Shown: positions 1 through 9,946, counted from the stretch's first letter. The stretch is DNA of 64,000 nucleotides from Vulcanimicrobiota bacterium (GCA_963695225.1 OY968762.1:1152001-1216000); one strand, 5' to 3'. The notes: generated from the letters alone by a model not told the origin. A program made the numbers and translations.

Positions 1-775
1 CCTGCATCCGCCGGTCGGGGCGATCGTTCCCGGGCGAGCTGACGAAACCGCGCACGCGCACGTCGAGCGTATTGCCCTGGGGCGCGCGCAGCGGAAGCAA
101 CGTGCGCGCCGCCGCCTTTCCGAAGACGTGCGCGAGGCGCAGTTCGAGCGAGGGATCGGGCGGGAGCGTCCACAGTTCCTCGCCGTCGTGCGCGAGGCTG
201 AACGTGACGCGCGGGTAGGCCAGCGCGATCGTGGCGAGCCAATTCGAGATGCGCGCAAACTCGGCGCGCGGCGAGCGCAAATATTCGCGCCGCACCGGCA
301 CGTTCGCGAACAGCTCGCGCGCGATCGCGCGCGTCCCCACGGGCGCGGCGATCGGAGTGGGCTCGCCCGCTTCTTCCGCATGAACGTCGAGCGCGGTCCC
401 GAGTTCCGCTTCCCGCGTGCGGGAGATCAGCCGCAGCCGTGCGACCGCCGCAATGCTCGCGAGGCCCTCGCCTCGGAAACCGAGCGTCCCTATCGCGCCG
501 AGGTCTCCCGCGGCGCGCAGCTTGCTCGTCGCGTGCCGCCGCACGGCGAGTGCGAGTTCCCCGGGAGCGATCCCCGCACCGTCGTCCGCGACCTCGATCT
601 CATCGAGGCCGCCCCCGCGAACGCGCACCGCGATCCGCATCGCGCCGGCGTCCAGCGCGTTCTCGACGAGCTCCTTGACGACCGAGAGAGGCCGTTCGAT
701 CACCTCGCCGGCCGCGATCTGCCCGATCGTCTCGGGATCGAGGATGCTTATCGGGCGCGGCGCGAGGACGTCCAT
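1..775 (-). CDS. mutL: DNA mismatch repair protein MutL, N-terminal ATPase part (truncated by window edge)
   Basis: Not in ORF track. Manual minus-strand translation from ATG 775 gives MDVLAPRPISILDPETIGQIAAGEVIERPLSVVKELVENALDAGA, the MutL N-terminal signature. Lies downstream of mutS. Confidence 0.95.
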   Translation of the reverse strand, partial: MDVLAPRPISILDPETIGQIAAGEVIERPLSVVKELVENALDAGAMRIAVRVRGGGLDEIEVADDGAGIAPGELALAVRRHATSKLRAAGDLGAIGTLGFRGEGLASIAAVARLRLISRTREAELGTALDVHAEEAGEPTPIAAPVGTRAIARELFANVPVRREYLRSPRAEFARISNWLATIALAYPRVTFSLAHDGEELWTLPPDPSLELRLAHVFGKAAARTLLPLRAPQGNTLDVRVRGFVSSPGNDRPDRRMQ

Positions 776-787
776 CCCCGGCGGCCG

Positions 788-1261
788 CTAATCCTTTCGA
801 ATTTGGGCTGAAAGGTAACGTTCGTACCCGAGCTCTGCGATCTGGTGCAGTTGTGCCTCGAGCCAGTCGAGGTGCTCCTCTTCATCCTTCAAAAACCGCT
901 CGAAGAGCTCGCGCGACGCGTTGTCGCCTTCTTGGCGGGCCACTTCCACCGCGCGATTGTACATTTGCACCGCGCCGAGCTCCAGGGCATAATCGCTTGC
1001 AAGCTGATCCTTGACGGTTTGACCGATGGTGAGCCGCATCGGCTCCGTCATGTTTGGGCTCGCATCCAGAAACAAGAGACGCTCGATCAGCGCCTCGGCG
1101 TGCTTCATCTCGTCGATGGACTGTTTCATGATGAAGCCGGCGAGCTTGTCGTAATGCCAACTCTCACACATCTCAGCATGGACGAAATACTGGTTTATGG
1201 CCGCAAGTTCTTCCCTTAGCGCTTCGTTCAGCGCGTCGATTACCTTTTGGCTTCCTTTCAT
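788..1261 (-). CDS. bfr: Bacterioferritin
   Basis: 157 aa; MKG start, ELAAINQYFVH, SIDEMKHA (heme-ligand Met), DEEEH ferroxidase residues. Confidence 0.95.
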   Translation of the reverse strand: MKGSQKVIDALNEALREELAAINQYFVHAEMCESWHYDKLAGFIMKQSIDEMKHAEALIERLLFLDASPNMTEPMRLTIGQTVKDQLASDYALELGAVQMYNRAVEVARQEGDNASRELFERFLKDEEEHLDWLEAQLHQIAELGYERYLSAQIRKD

Positions 1262-1419
1262 GCGTTACAGGCTCTCTCCTCAACAACGATTCGTCGCCTA
1301 CACTTCTGCACGAGAGCTTCCGCACCTCGGCACCGCTGTAGCGCTGCCTGCAAACCATCGTGCAGGATCGCAGGCGCGGCCATTCGACTGCGAACGCCTC
1401 ACGGCCGTAGGCTCCGCGC

Positions 1420-3894
1420 TCAGAACCCGAGGCCCAACTGTTCTTCTACGCCGCCGCCGGCGCGGGAGAGGCGGCCGCGCAGGGGGACCTGGACTTCGAG
1501 CGCCGGTTGGCCTTCGAGCGCGTCCGCAATCTCCTTCGCGCGCGCGACGACGCTCGGAGGCAAGCCCGCCATGCGCGCGACCTCGATGCCGAAGCTGCGC
1601 GAACTGCTGCCCGGCAGCACGCGGTGCGAGAACACGGGCACGCCGTGGCTTGCCGTCTCGACCGCGGTGATGTGGAAGTTCTCGACCATCGACCAGCGGT
1701 CGGCGAGCGCGACGAGCTCGTGGAAGTGCGTCGCGAACAAGACGAACGGCGATTGCGTCTCGCGTTCGAGCAAGAACTCGCTGATCGCCTGCGCGATCGC
1801 GAGGCCGTCGGTCGTCCCCGTGCCGCGGCCGACTTCGTCGACTAACAGCAAGCTACGCTGCGTTGCGCGGCGCAGGATGTTCGCCGTCTCGTTCATCTCC
1901 ACGTAGAACGTCGATTGGCCGCTCGCAAGGTCGTCGCCGGCGCCGATGCGCGTGAAGATCCGCTCGACGACGCCGAGCTCCATCTCGGCCGCCGGGACGA
2001 ACGAGCCGATCTGCGCGAGGATCACGAGCAGCGCCGTCTGCCGTAAGTAGGTCGATTTGCCGCCCATGTTCGGGCCTGTCAGCAGGATGAAGCGCGAGCG
2101 GTCGCCCTCGAGCGCGAGGTCGTTCGGCACGAAAGCGTTTCCGAGCAGCGCCTCCATCACGGGGTGGCGCCCTTCGCGGATCCGCAGGCGGCTCTCCGGC
2201 ACGAAGCGCGGGCGCACGTACGCGCGTTCGACCGCGACCTGCGCGAGCGAACAGAACGCATCGAGCTCGGCGATCGCTTCGGCCGCCGCGAGCAGCGCTT
2301 CGACGTGCGGCGCCACGCGCTCGAGCAACTCGTCGTAGAGGCTTTGCTCGAGGCGGTATTGCCGCGTCTGCGCGCTCGCGATCGCGGCGTCGAGTTCGCG
2401 CAGTTCGGGCGTCACGTACCGCTCGCCGTTCGCGAGCGTCTGCCGCCGCACGTAATCCGCGGGGACTGCGCCGACGTTCGATTTGCTGACCTCGATCGCG
2501 TAGCCGAACGCCGACGAATACTTGACCTTCAGGCTCTTGATCCCGGTCCGCTCGCGTTCGCGCTCTTCGAGCGCGCTCAAGCGCGAGCGGGCGTCGGTGC
2601 GCAGGCTGCAGCACTCCGAGAGCTCGGCATTGCTCTCCGGCCGGATCGCGCCCCCTTCGACGAGCGTCGCGGGCGGCTCGTCGACGAGCGTCGCGGCCAG
2701 ATCGGCGGCGAGCGCGGAGAAATCGCCGATCCGCGCCGCGTAGGCGGCGAGCGCATAGGGCAGCGTCTCGCCGATCGGATCGAGATACGCGAGCGTGCGC
2801 CGCAGCGAGGCGAGGTCGCGGGGCGTCGCGCGCCGGAACCGCACCTTCTGCGCGATCCGCTCCAGATCGAAGCAGCGGTCGAGCAGATCCTGCAGTCCCG
2901 CGCGGCGCCCGCCTTCGCCCGCGAACGTCTCGACGGCGTCGGCGCGCGCCGCGATCCGTTCGGCCGAGACGAGCGGCGCGTTGACCCAGCGCGAGAGCAG
3001 GCGCGAACCCATCGCGGTGCGCGTGCGGTCGATCGTCGCGAGCAGCGTCGCCTTCTCGTTCGCGCCGACCGCCTTCGTCAGCTCGAGATGTTTGCGCGCG
3101 TTCGGATCGAGCGCGACGAACGCGCGCAGCGAATAGATCTCGGGCGCGCGCAAGATCGCCGTGCTCCCGACGCGCATGCGCCGTACGAACGCGCCCAGCG
3201 CATCGAGCGCGCGGTGCAGCGCGAGGGATTCTTCGCCCGACGTCCCCGCGAAGAGCGCCCGCGGGCGCGGATCGAGCGCCGCTAGCGGCGAGGTCGTGAT
3301 GCGCGCCATGCCGCCGGAGGGCTCGAGCGCACGGGAGATCGTCTCGCGGACGGCGGCCGGAACGTCCGCGACGATCTCCGCCGGCGCGATCCGTTCGATC
3401 TCGGCGAGCGCATCCTCCAGCGCCGTCTCTCCCGCGAAGGCGGTCGCCGCGCAGTAACCCGTCGAGATATCCGCGTGCGCGAGCGCAACGATCTCGCCGT
3501 GCAACGTGAGCGCGGCGAGGAAGTTGTGCGCCCCGCGCTCGAGCAGCGTCTCTTCGATGACGGTCCCGGGCGTGACGACGCGGGTCACGTCGCGGCGGAC
3601 GAGCTTGTTCGGCTGCGGCACCTCGAGCTGCTCCGCGAGCGCGACGACGCGGCGTTGCGCGACGAGCTTCGCGAGATACGTATCGAGCGCGTGATACGGC
3701 ACGCCGGCCATGGCGACGCGATTCCCGTTCCCCGATTCCTTCGAGGTCAGCGCGATCGAGAGCGCGCGCGCGATCGTCTCCGCGTCGTCGCCGTATGCTT
3801 CGTAGAAGTCGCCCACCCGCGAGAGCAGGATCGCTTCGGGAAAGCGAGCCTTCATCCCGAAGTATTGCTCGAGCATCGGCGAGTAGGTCGTCAT
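1420..3894 (-). CDS. mutS: DNA mismatch repair protein MutS
   Basis: SPMLEQY, GDFYE mismatch-binding motif, GPNMGGKST Walker A, SGQSTF, DEVGRGT, ATHFHEL. Confidence 0.97.
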   Translation of the reverse strand: MTTYSPMLEQYFGMKARFPEAILLSRVGDFYEAYGDDAETIARALSIALTSKESGNGNRVAMAGVPYHALDTYLAKLVAQRRVVALAEQLEVPQPNKLVRRDVTRVVTPGTVIEETLLERGAHNFLAALTLHGEIVALAHADISTGYCAATAFAGETALEDALAEIERIAPAEIVADVPAAVRETISRALEPSGGMARITTSPLAALDPRPRALFAGTSGEESLALHRALDALGAFVRRMRVGSTAILRAPEIYSLRAFVALDPNARKHLELTKAVGANEKATLLATIDRTRTAMGSRLLSRWVNAPLVSAERIAARADAVETFAGEGGRRAGLQDLLDRCFDLERIAQKVRFRRATPRDLASLRRTLAYLDPIGETLPYALAAYAARIGDFSALAADLAATLVDEPPATLVEGGAIRPESNAELSECCSLRTDARSRLSALEERERERTGIKSLKVKYSSAFGYAIEVSKSNVGAVPADYVRRQTLANGERYVTPELRELDAAIASAQTRQYRLEQSLYDELLERVAPHVEALLAAAEAIAELDAFCSLAQVAVERAYVRPRFVPESRLRIREGRHPVMEALLGNAFVPNDLALEGDRSRFILLTGPNMGGKSTYLRQTALLVILAQIGSFVPAAEMELGVVERIFTRIGAGDDLASGQSTFYVEMNETANILRRATQRSLLLVDEVGRGTGTTDGLAIAQAISEFLLERETQSPFVLFATHFHELVALADRWSMVENFHITAVETASHGVPVFSHRVLPGSSSRSFGIEVARMAGLPPSVVARAKEIADALEGQPALEVQVPLRGRLSRAGGGVEEQLGLGF

Positions 3895-3981
3895 TCGCCT
3901 ACGTCACTTGTCCCGCCCGAACCCCATCCCTGCAAGCCTCACCGTCACCGAGAACGGCTCATCGCCGAAAAGGCCGCCGCA

Positions 3982-4050
3982 CGTCACCCTCGAGCTCGCC
4001 GAAGGCGAGCTTCCCACAGCGGCTGATCCTTCGACAAAGTCAGGATGACA
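3982..4050. repeat. Degenerate inverted repeat (REP-like palindromic element)
   Basis: Left arm CGTCACCCTCGAGCTCGCCGAAGG; reverse complement of right arm TGTCATCCTGACTTTGTCGAAGG. Confidence 0.6.
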
Positions 4051-5449
4051 TTGGGGCGAGGAGGTCGATCGGCGGGAGCGGGAGCGTTAGCAGGCGGGCG
4101 GGGTCTTTGAAGCGCGCGGCGTCGCCTACGGCGGTTCCGAGGACGCCCCAGGTGAAACCGGCCTCGACGCGCACGTCGATCCAAGGGCGGCTCGGATCGC
4201 CGATGCCGGCGGTGCGCGGCACGATCGCCGTCACGTTGTCGAGCGTCTTGGCTGCGAGCTTGCGCGGATCTTTGCGCGAAGGGCCCTGCACGAGCGCGCG
4301 CACGGTCGTTCCCACCTTGCGCTCGTGGAACGCGCGCACGCCCCGGTCGACGACCGCGGCGAGGCGGCGCAAGCGCTCGTTCCCGAGCTCCGGCGGAATC
4401 TGCTCCCAGCGCGCTGCGGGCGTATCCCGGCGCGGCGAATAGACGAACGAATACGCTTGCGCGAATTGCATCTCGTCGCAAAGCTCGAGCGTTCGCTCGA
4501 AATCCTCTTCCGTTTCCCCCGGGAAGCCGGCGATGATGTCGGTCGTGAGCGCCCAATTCGGGCAGTACGCCCGGAACATCGCGACCGTCTCGCGATAGTG
4601 CTCGACCGTGTATTTCCGATTCATCCGTCGCAGGATCGGGTTCGAGCCGGATTGCACCGGCAGATGGAAGCGCGGGTTGAGGTTCGGGAGCGAGCCGAGC
4701 GTGCGCGCGAGCTTCTCCGTGCAATCCTTCGGATGGGACGTCACGAACGTGAGCCGTTCGAGCCCTTCGAGTGCGGCCGTCGCGGCCAACAGATCCGCGA
4801 AATCCTCGCCCGTCAGCGGTTCGCGGTACGCGTTCACGGTCTGACCGACGAGCATGATCTCGCGCGCCCCGCGCCCCAGCGCCGCGCGCACTTCGGCGAG
4901 GATCTCGCCCTTCGGGCGGTGGTCGAAGCGCCCGCGCACTCGCGGCACGATGCAATACGTGCAGTAATACGAACACCCGCGCTGCACGGTCGTGAACGCG
5001 CGCAAGTGCGAGTAAGCGTCGCCCACGCAATCGGCCCGCCCGCCGAACGGCTCGAGCAGGGCCCGCTCCACGCTCGCTTCGTCGTCGCCGAACGCGTCGC
5101 GCCAGGCGGCGATCGCATCGCCCATCCGCACGAGTTCTGAAGTCCCGAAGACGGCATCGACGTGCGGCACGAGCGCCTGCATCCGGTCCCGGTCTTGCTC
5201 CGCGAGGCATCCGCAGACGACGAGCTTCATCCCGGGGTCTGCGGTCTTGAGCGCCTTGAAGTGGCCGAGCCGCCCGTAGGCGCGCTGCTCGGCGTTGTCG
5301 CGGACCGTGCACGTGTTCACGACGACGACGCTAGCAAGCTCGGGGCGGTCGACGACCGTGTAGCCGGCCGACGCCGCGCGATCCGCAAGGTATTGCGAAT
5401 CGGCTTCGTTCATCTGGCACCCGAAGGTTTCGATGTAGATTCCGGCCAT
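4040..5449 (-). CDS. miaB: tRNA-2-methylthio-N6-dimethylallyladenosine synthase
   Basis: ETFGCQMN, NTCTVR, GCLA, CSYYCTYC radical-SAM motif, HLPVQSGS, C-terminal TRAM-like region; start set to ATG 5449. Confidence 0.93.
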   Translation of the reverse strand: MAGIYIETFGCQMNEADSQYLADRAASAGYTVVDRPELASVVVVNTCTVRDNAEQRAYGRLGHFKALKTADPGMKLVVCGCLAEQDRDRMQALVPHVDAVFGTSELVRMGDAIAAWRDAFGDDEASVERALLEPFGGRADCVGDAYSHLRAFTTVQRGCSYYCTYCIVPRVRGRFDHRPKGEILAEVRAALGRGAREIMLVGQTVNAYREPLTGEDFADLLAATAALEGLERLTFVTSHPKDCTEKLARTLGSLPNLNPRFHLPVQSGSNPILRRMNRKYTVEHYRETVAMFRAYCPNWALTTDIIAGFPGETEEDFERTLELCDEMQFAQAYSFVYSPRRDTPAARWEQIPPELGNERLRRLAAVVDRGVRAFHERKVGTTVRALVQGPSRKDPRKLAAKTLDNVTAIVPRTAGIGDPSRPWIDVRVEAGFTWGVLGTAVGDAARFKDPARLLTLPLPPIDLLAPMSS

Positions 5450-5453
5450 CGTG

Positions 5454-6272
5454 TTACTTCCGGCTTTCGCCTGCACCGCCGGTCAGGCGTTCGAGCAGCG
5501 GCAACGGCAGGTAGAGCTTCCCGCCGATCAGCGTCGGGGTACCGGCATAGGAGAGCGGGCTCCCGTCGAAACGCAGCGCCGGTTCGTCGAGCTTGCCGAC
5601 GACGACGTGCCCCTCGTAGCGGATCACCACCTTTCGGCCTTCCACGCCGAACGCCTCGGCGGGCAAGAAGTCGGCGGCCGCCGAGATGATCGGCGAAATC
5701 TCGGCACCCAGCGCGAGCGGCCGGAGCAGCACTTCGGTCGTCGTCTCGGAATAGACCGTGAAGCTCCGGGAGACCGGGCCGCGCGGCGTCGCGAGCGTCA
5801 GTTGGTGGAGCCCGGCTCGGAGCGGGACGGCCCCGTGCGCGGGGAGCGTCAGCGGCTTCCCATCCAGCGCGAGGCTCGCCCCCACCGGGAGGCCGCGGAA
5901 CGACGCGGCCCCCATCCCGGGCTTCTGGCGGGCCGCCGGGCCGAGTTGCAGGCTCTGCAGCAAGACGGTCGCCGCCGCGACGTCGACGTCGGATTCGAAC
6001 ACGGCCCAACCGGTCTTCGTCAGCGTTAAGTGGTGGCGCCCTTCCCCTAGGACGTCGACGAAGACCGGGGAGCGGCCGACATAGTTCCCATCGACCCAGA
6101 CGTCGGCACCTGCGGGGAGCGTCGTGACGTAGAGCCCGCCGGAACCGTTGCCCGACGGCGCCCCTGGAAGCGAGGTCGCCGGCGCCGTTCCGGCCCAAGC
6201 GGGGAACGCGAGCGCCGCCAACAAGGCGACCGCGAACAGCCGGGCGATCGCCGCACGAGCTCGAAATGACAT
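5454..6272 (-). CDS. Exported PEGA-domain protein with C-terminal stalk/copper-amine-oxidase-N-like segment
   Basis: Signal peptide ending AWA; LYVTTLPAGADVWVDGNYVGRSP PEGA repeat; C-terminal PTLIGGKLYLPL. Confidence 0.75.
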   Translation of the reverse strand: MSFRARAAIARLFAVALLAALAFPAWAGTAPATSLPGAPSGNGSGGLYVTTLPAGADVWVDGNYVGRSPVFVDVLGEGRHHLTLTKTGWAVFESDVDVAAATVLLQSLQLGPAARQKPGMGAASFRGLPVGASLALDGKPLTLPAHGAVPLRAGLHQLTLATPRGPVSRSFTVYSETTTEVLLRPLALGAEISPIISAAADFLPAEAFGVEGRKVVIRYEGHVVVGKLDEPALRFDGSPLSYAGTPTLIGGKLYLPLPLLERLTGGAGESRK

Positions 6273-6332
6273 CGCCCGTTGGTTCGCGCCGTGCGGGTGC
6301 GCCCCCCCGCGCGGCGAAAGGCGCAGGTCGAA

Positions 6333-7712
6333 ATGACCACCGAACTGGACGACGGCACCGACTCCGCGGCGCTTCGACCGGCGACGGTCGCGATCGTGGG
6401 ACGGCCCAACGTCGGAAAGAGCGCGCTCTTCAACCGGCTCATCGGGCGTCGTCTCGCGATCGTCGACGACGTCCCCGGCGTGACGCGCGATCGCCTCTAC
6501 GCGCTTGCGGAGTGGCGCGGGAGGACGTTTTCTCTCGTCGACACGGCCGGGATCGATCCCAGCGTTCACGACGACGCGTTCGCTTCGCAGACGCGCGCCC
6601 AAGCAGAGCTCGCCGCGAATCAGGCGGACGTGATCGTCTTCGTCGTCGACGCGCAGAACGGGCTCTCCCCGCTCGACGACGACGTCGTTCGCATCCTACG
6701 GCGCACGCAGCGCCCCGTGATCCTCACCGCGAACAAGGCGGAATCGGAGCGCGTGCGTGAATCGATCCCCGGAGAGTTCGCGCGCCTCGGGCTCGGGGAG
6801 CCGATCGCGATCTCGGCGATCCACGGCGAAGGGACGGGCGATCTGCTCGATGCGATCGTCGAGCGCCTCCCCGCCGAGACGACGTCCCTCCCGGAAGGGG
6901 AGCTCGCGCTCGCGCTGATCGGGCAGCCGAACGTCGGGAAGAGCTCGCTGCTCAACTCGTTGCTCGGCGAGGAACGCTCGATCGTCTCCGACGTCCCGGG
7001 GACGACGCGCGACGCGATCGATACGCTCTTCCAATTCCACGAGCACCGCATCCGCCTGATCGATACGGCAGGCGTGCGGCGTAAGGCCGCACCGCATCGC
7101 TCGATCGAGTATTTCTCCTCGCTGCGCTCGCTCAACGCGATCGCGCGCTGCGACATCGCGATCCTCTTGATCGATTCGATGACCGGGATCGTCAATGCCG
7201 ACCGGCGTTTGGCGGGGATCGTCCTCGAAGAGCGCAAGGGTCTCGTGATCGTCGGAAACAAATGGGACCTCGCTCGCGAACTCGGCGAATTCCAGCAGGC
7301 CGACTTGATCGAGGTGATTCGTGAACAGATGCCCTTCGCGCGATTCGCGCCGATCACGTTCCTCTCGGCGAAAACCAAACGGCGCCTCGGGAGCCTGATG
7401 CCGCTCGTGCTGCAAGTCGCCGAAAACCTTGCGCGCCGCGTCCCGACCGCGCAACTGAACTCGGTCATCCGCGATGCGGTGCTGGCGCATCCGCCTCCGT
7501 CCGCCGGCGGGAAACCGGCCCGCATCTACTATTGCTCGCAGGTCGCCGCGCGGCCGCCGCTCTTCGTCTTCCATTGCAACGATCCGGACCTGATCGCGAA
7601 CTCTTACCGGCGCTTCATCGAGAACACGATCCGCACGCACTTCGAATTTGAAGGCGTGCCGCTGACGCTCGAGTTCCGCGAGCGTTCCCGAACGGAGCTC
7701 GGCGCGGAATGA
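6333..7712 (+). CDS. der: Ribosome biogenesis GTPase Der (EngA)
   Basis: Two G domains (GRPNVGKS and GQPNVGKS, DTAG twice, NKAE/NKWD) and KH-like C-terminus (FEGVPL). Confidence 0.97.
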   Translation: MTTELDDGTDSAALRPATVAIVGRPNVGKSALFNRLIGRRLAIVDDVPGVTRDRLYALAEWRGRTFSLVDTAGIDPSVHDDAFASQTRAQAELAANQADVIVFVVDAQNGLSPLDDDVVRILRRTQRPVILTANKAESERVRESIPGEFARLGLGEPIAISAIHGEGTGDLLDAIVERLPAETTSLPEGELALALIGQPNVGKSSLLNSLLGEERSIVSDVPGTTRDAIDTLFQFHEHRIRLIDTAGVRRKAAPHRSIEYFSSLRSLNAIARCDIAILLIDSMTGIVNADRRLAGIVLEERKGLVIVGNKWDLARELGEFQQADLIEVIREQMPFARFAPITFLSAKTKRRLGSLMPLVLQVAENLARRVPTAQLNSVIRDAVLAHPPPSAGGKPARIYYCSQVAARPPLFVFHCNDPDLIANSYRRFIENTIRTHFEFEGVPLTLEFRERSRTELGAE

Positions 7713-8353
7713 CGTACTGGCACGGCGAGTTCGTGCTGCCCCTGGCGATCCTCACCCTAGCGTCGTTCGCGCTCGGTTCGATCCCGTTCGGCTTTCTGAT
7801 CGGGCGCGCGTTCTTCCACGTCGACATCCGCAAGTCCGGAAGCGGGAACATCGGGACGGCCAATGCGTTGCGCACGTTCGGGAAGGGCGGCGCGGCGGTC
7901 GTGCTCGTCCTGGACATGCTCAAGGGTTACGTGCCGGCGGCGGTCGGCGCGTGGATCATGAACCGGCCCGACGCCGACCAAATCCTCTTCCCGCTCTGCA
8001 TGGCCGGCGGCGCGATCCTCGGCCACTGCTTCTCGCCATGGCTGCGCTTCCACGGCGGGAAGGGCGTCGCCACGGCCGTCGGCGCCGTCTGCGCGCTCTC
8101 CCCGGTCGCAGGGCTCGGCTGCGCGATCGTCTGGATCGTCACGGCGCTCGTCAGCCGCTATTCATCGGTCGCCTCGCTCGCCTCGATCGCGGCCGCGCCG
8201 TTCCTCATGTGGAGCGAGACGGGCGAAATTGCGACGCTGTTCTACGGCCTCGCGGTCGCGCTGCTGATCCTCTGGACGCACCGTGAGAACCTCGGCAGGC
8301 TGCGCGCGGGGCGAGAGAATCGACTCTCCTTCGGCGGGAGCACGCAGGAATAG
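7709..8353 (+). CDS. plsY: Glycerol-3-phosphate acyltransferase PlsY
   Basis: GSIPFG, GSGNIGTAN, LDMLKG, GHCFSPW, GGKGVAT, HRENL; overlaps der stop. Confidence 0.95.
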   Translation: MTYWHGEFVLPLAILTLASFALGSIPFGFLIGRAFFHVDIRKSGSGNIGTANALRTFGKGGAAVVLVLDMLKGYVPAAVGAWIMNRPDADQILFPLCMAGGAILGHCFSPWLRFHGGKGVATAVGAVCALSPVAGLGCAIVWIVTALVSRYSSVASLASIAAAPFLMWSETGEIATLFYGLAVALLILWTHRENLGRLRAGRENRLSFGGSTQE

Positions 8354-8373
8354 GGTGAAACCCCCGTCCTGCA

Positions 8374-8934
8374 ATGATCTCCTCTAACGACTTCCGGAAC
8401 GGCGTCACGATCGTCATCGACGGTCAGTTGTGGACCGTCATCGAATTCCTGCATGTGAAACCCGGAAAAGGGTCGGCCTTCGTCCGTACGCGCCTCAAGA
8501 ACGTCAAGACCGGCTCGACCGTCGACCGCACGTTCCGCGCCGGCGAAAAGCTCGAGCGCGCGACCGTCGACAACCGCGACATGCAAATGCTCTACAACGA
8601 CGCCGACGGTTTCCACTTCATGGATACCGAGACGTACGAGAACGTCACGCTGCAACGCGAGCTGATCGGCGGACCCGCCGATTTCCTCAAAGACGGCATG
8701 AAGGTCGCGATGCAATTTCACGAAGGCGTGCCGATCAGTTGCGAGCTTCCCGCGCACGTCGAGCTGTTGGTCTCGGAAACCGACCCCGGTTTCAAAGGCG
8801 ATACGGCGACCGGCTCGACGAAGCCGGCGGTCCTCGAAACCGGCGCGACCGTTCAGGTTCCGCTCTTCGTGAACCCGGGCGACCTCATCAAGATCGACAC
8901 GCGCGACCGCCGCTACATCGGCCGAGTGCAATAA
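8374..8934 (+). CDS. efp: Elongation factor P
   Basis: HVKPGKGSAFVR loop, GDTA, LETGATVQVPLF. Confidence 0.97.
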   Translation: MISSNDFRNGVTIVIDGQLWTVIEFLHVKPGKGSAFVRTRLKNVKTGSTVDRTFRAGEKLERATVDNRDMQMLYNDADGFHFMDTETYENVTLQRELIGGPADFLKDGMKVAMQFHEGVPISCELPAHVELLVSETDPGFKGDTATGSTKPAVLETGATVQVPLFVNPGDLIKIDTRDRRYIGRVQ

Positions 8935-8941
8935 CGCGCAA

Positions 8942-9067
8942 GCTCCCCGTACACGTTCGCGCAAGCCGCCGCACCGCAGACGGGCTGCTACAGGGAGGGG
9001 GTGCCCAGCCGGGAAAGCGGTTCCCTCACGGTGATGTTCTCATGCTTGCGTGGCAGGCGGGCGGAGC
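8942..9067. ncRNA. Candidate structured ncRNA, possibly 6S RNA-like
   Basis: Terminal pairing GCTCC/GGAGC and CGCAAGC (8960-8966) with GCTTGCG (9044-9050), inner hairpin about 8995-9027, unpaired regions between. Strand uncertain. Confidence 0.35.
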
Positions 9068-9112
9068 CCCGTCCGGCGTCATGCTAGGCGGCTCCGACGC
9101 GCTGACCGGCAC

Positions 9113-9931
9113 GTGATTGCAGCTTGGCTGATCCTCGCCGCGATCGGAGCGCTCGCCGGAATGCTCGGCTCGATGGTCGGGCTCGGCGGCGGGTTCATCG
9201 TCATCCCGGCGATGCGGCTCTTCTACGGGATGGCGCCCGCGACGACGGCGGGGGTTTCCCTCGTGATGGTCGCGGCGAACGCGGCGAGCGGATCGCTCGC
9301 GTTCTGGCGGCAGCGCCGCATCGACGTACGCCTTGCGCTCGTCGTCGCGCTCACCGCTCTGCCGGCAAGCGTGCTCGGAACGATCCTCGTGCATCGCGTG
9401 AGCGGAACGGGCTTCGACGCGCTCTACGCCGTGCTGCTCGTCTACCTAGCGACGACGGTGATGCGCCATCGCAGCGCGCAACCGCCCGCCGAACCCCGGC
9501 TGATCCTCGGCGCGAAATTGCGCACGCTCGTCGACGCGCACGGCGCCGTCTACCGCTACGCGGTCAGCATCCCGGTATTGCTGCTGTGCGGCGTCGTCGT
9601 GGGGCTCCTCTCGAGCTTCTTCGGGATCGGCGGCGGCGTGATCTTCGTCTCGCTGCTCGTGCTCGTCTTCGGGATGCCCGCCCACATCGTCACCGCGACG
9701 TCGACGTTCGTGCTGCTGTTGACGGCGCCCGTCGGCGTCGTCGCGCACGACGTCGCCGGCGACATCGACTGGTCATTCGCGATCCCTCTCGCCGTCGGCG
9801 GCTTGGCCGGCGGTCAACTGGGCGCGATCATCGCGCGGCGCCTGAGCTCGAAGCAACTGATGACGGTGCTCGCATGCTCGCTGATGCTCGCCGTCATCGG
9901 TCTCGGCCTCCGCCACCTACCCGGCCGGTAG
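9113..9931 (+). CDS. Sulfite exporter TauE/SafE (TSUP) family membrane protein
   Basis: Duplicated GLGGG/GIGGG motifs, about 8 TM segments; start set to GTG 9113. Confidence 0.88.
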   Translation: MIAAWLILAAIGALAGMLGSMVGLGGGFIVIPAMRLFYGMAPATTAGVSLVMVAANAASGSLAFWRQRRIDVRLALVVALTALPASVLGTILVHRVSGTGFDALYAVLLVYLATTVMRHRSAQPPAEPRLILGAKLRTLVDAHGAVYRYAVSIPVLLLCGVVVGLLSSFFGIGGGVIFVSLLVLVFGMPAHIVTATSTFVLLLTAPVGVVAHDVAGDIDWSFAIPLAVGGLAGGQLGAIIARRLSSKQLMTVLACSLMLAVIGLGLRHLPGR

Positions 9932-9946
9932 CGCGCTTCAACAAGC

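Noticed and set aside
128..811. 227-aa plus-strand ORF
   Set aside because: Antisense shadow of mutL
9001..9087. 28-codon GTG ORF with upstream GGAGG
   Set aside because: No recognisable features; the region is better explained by RNA structure, though translation cannot be excluded
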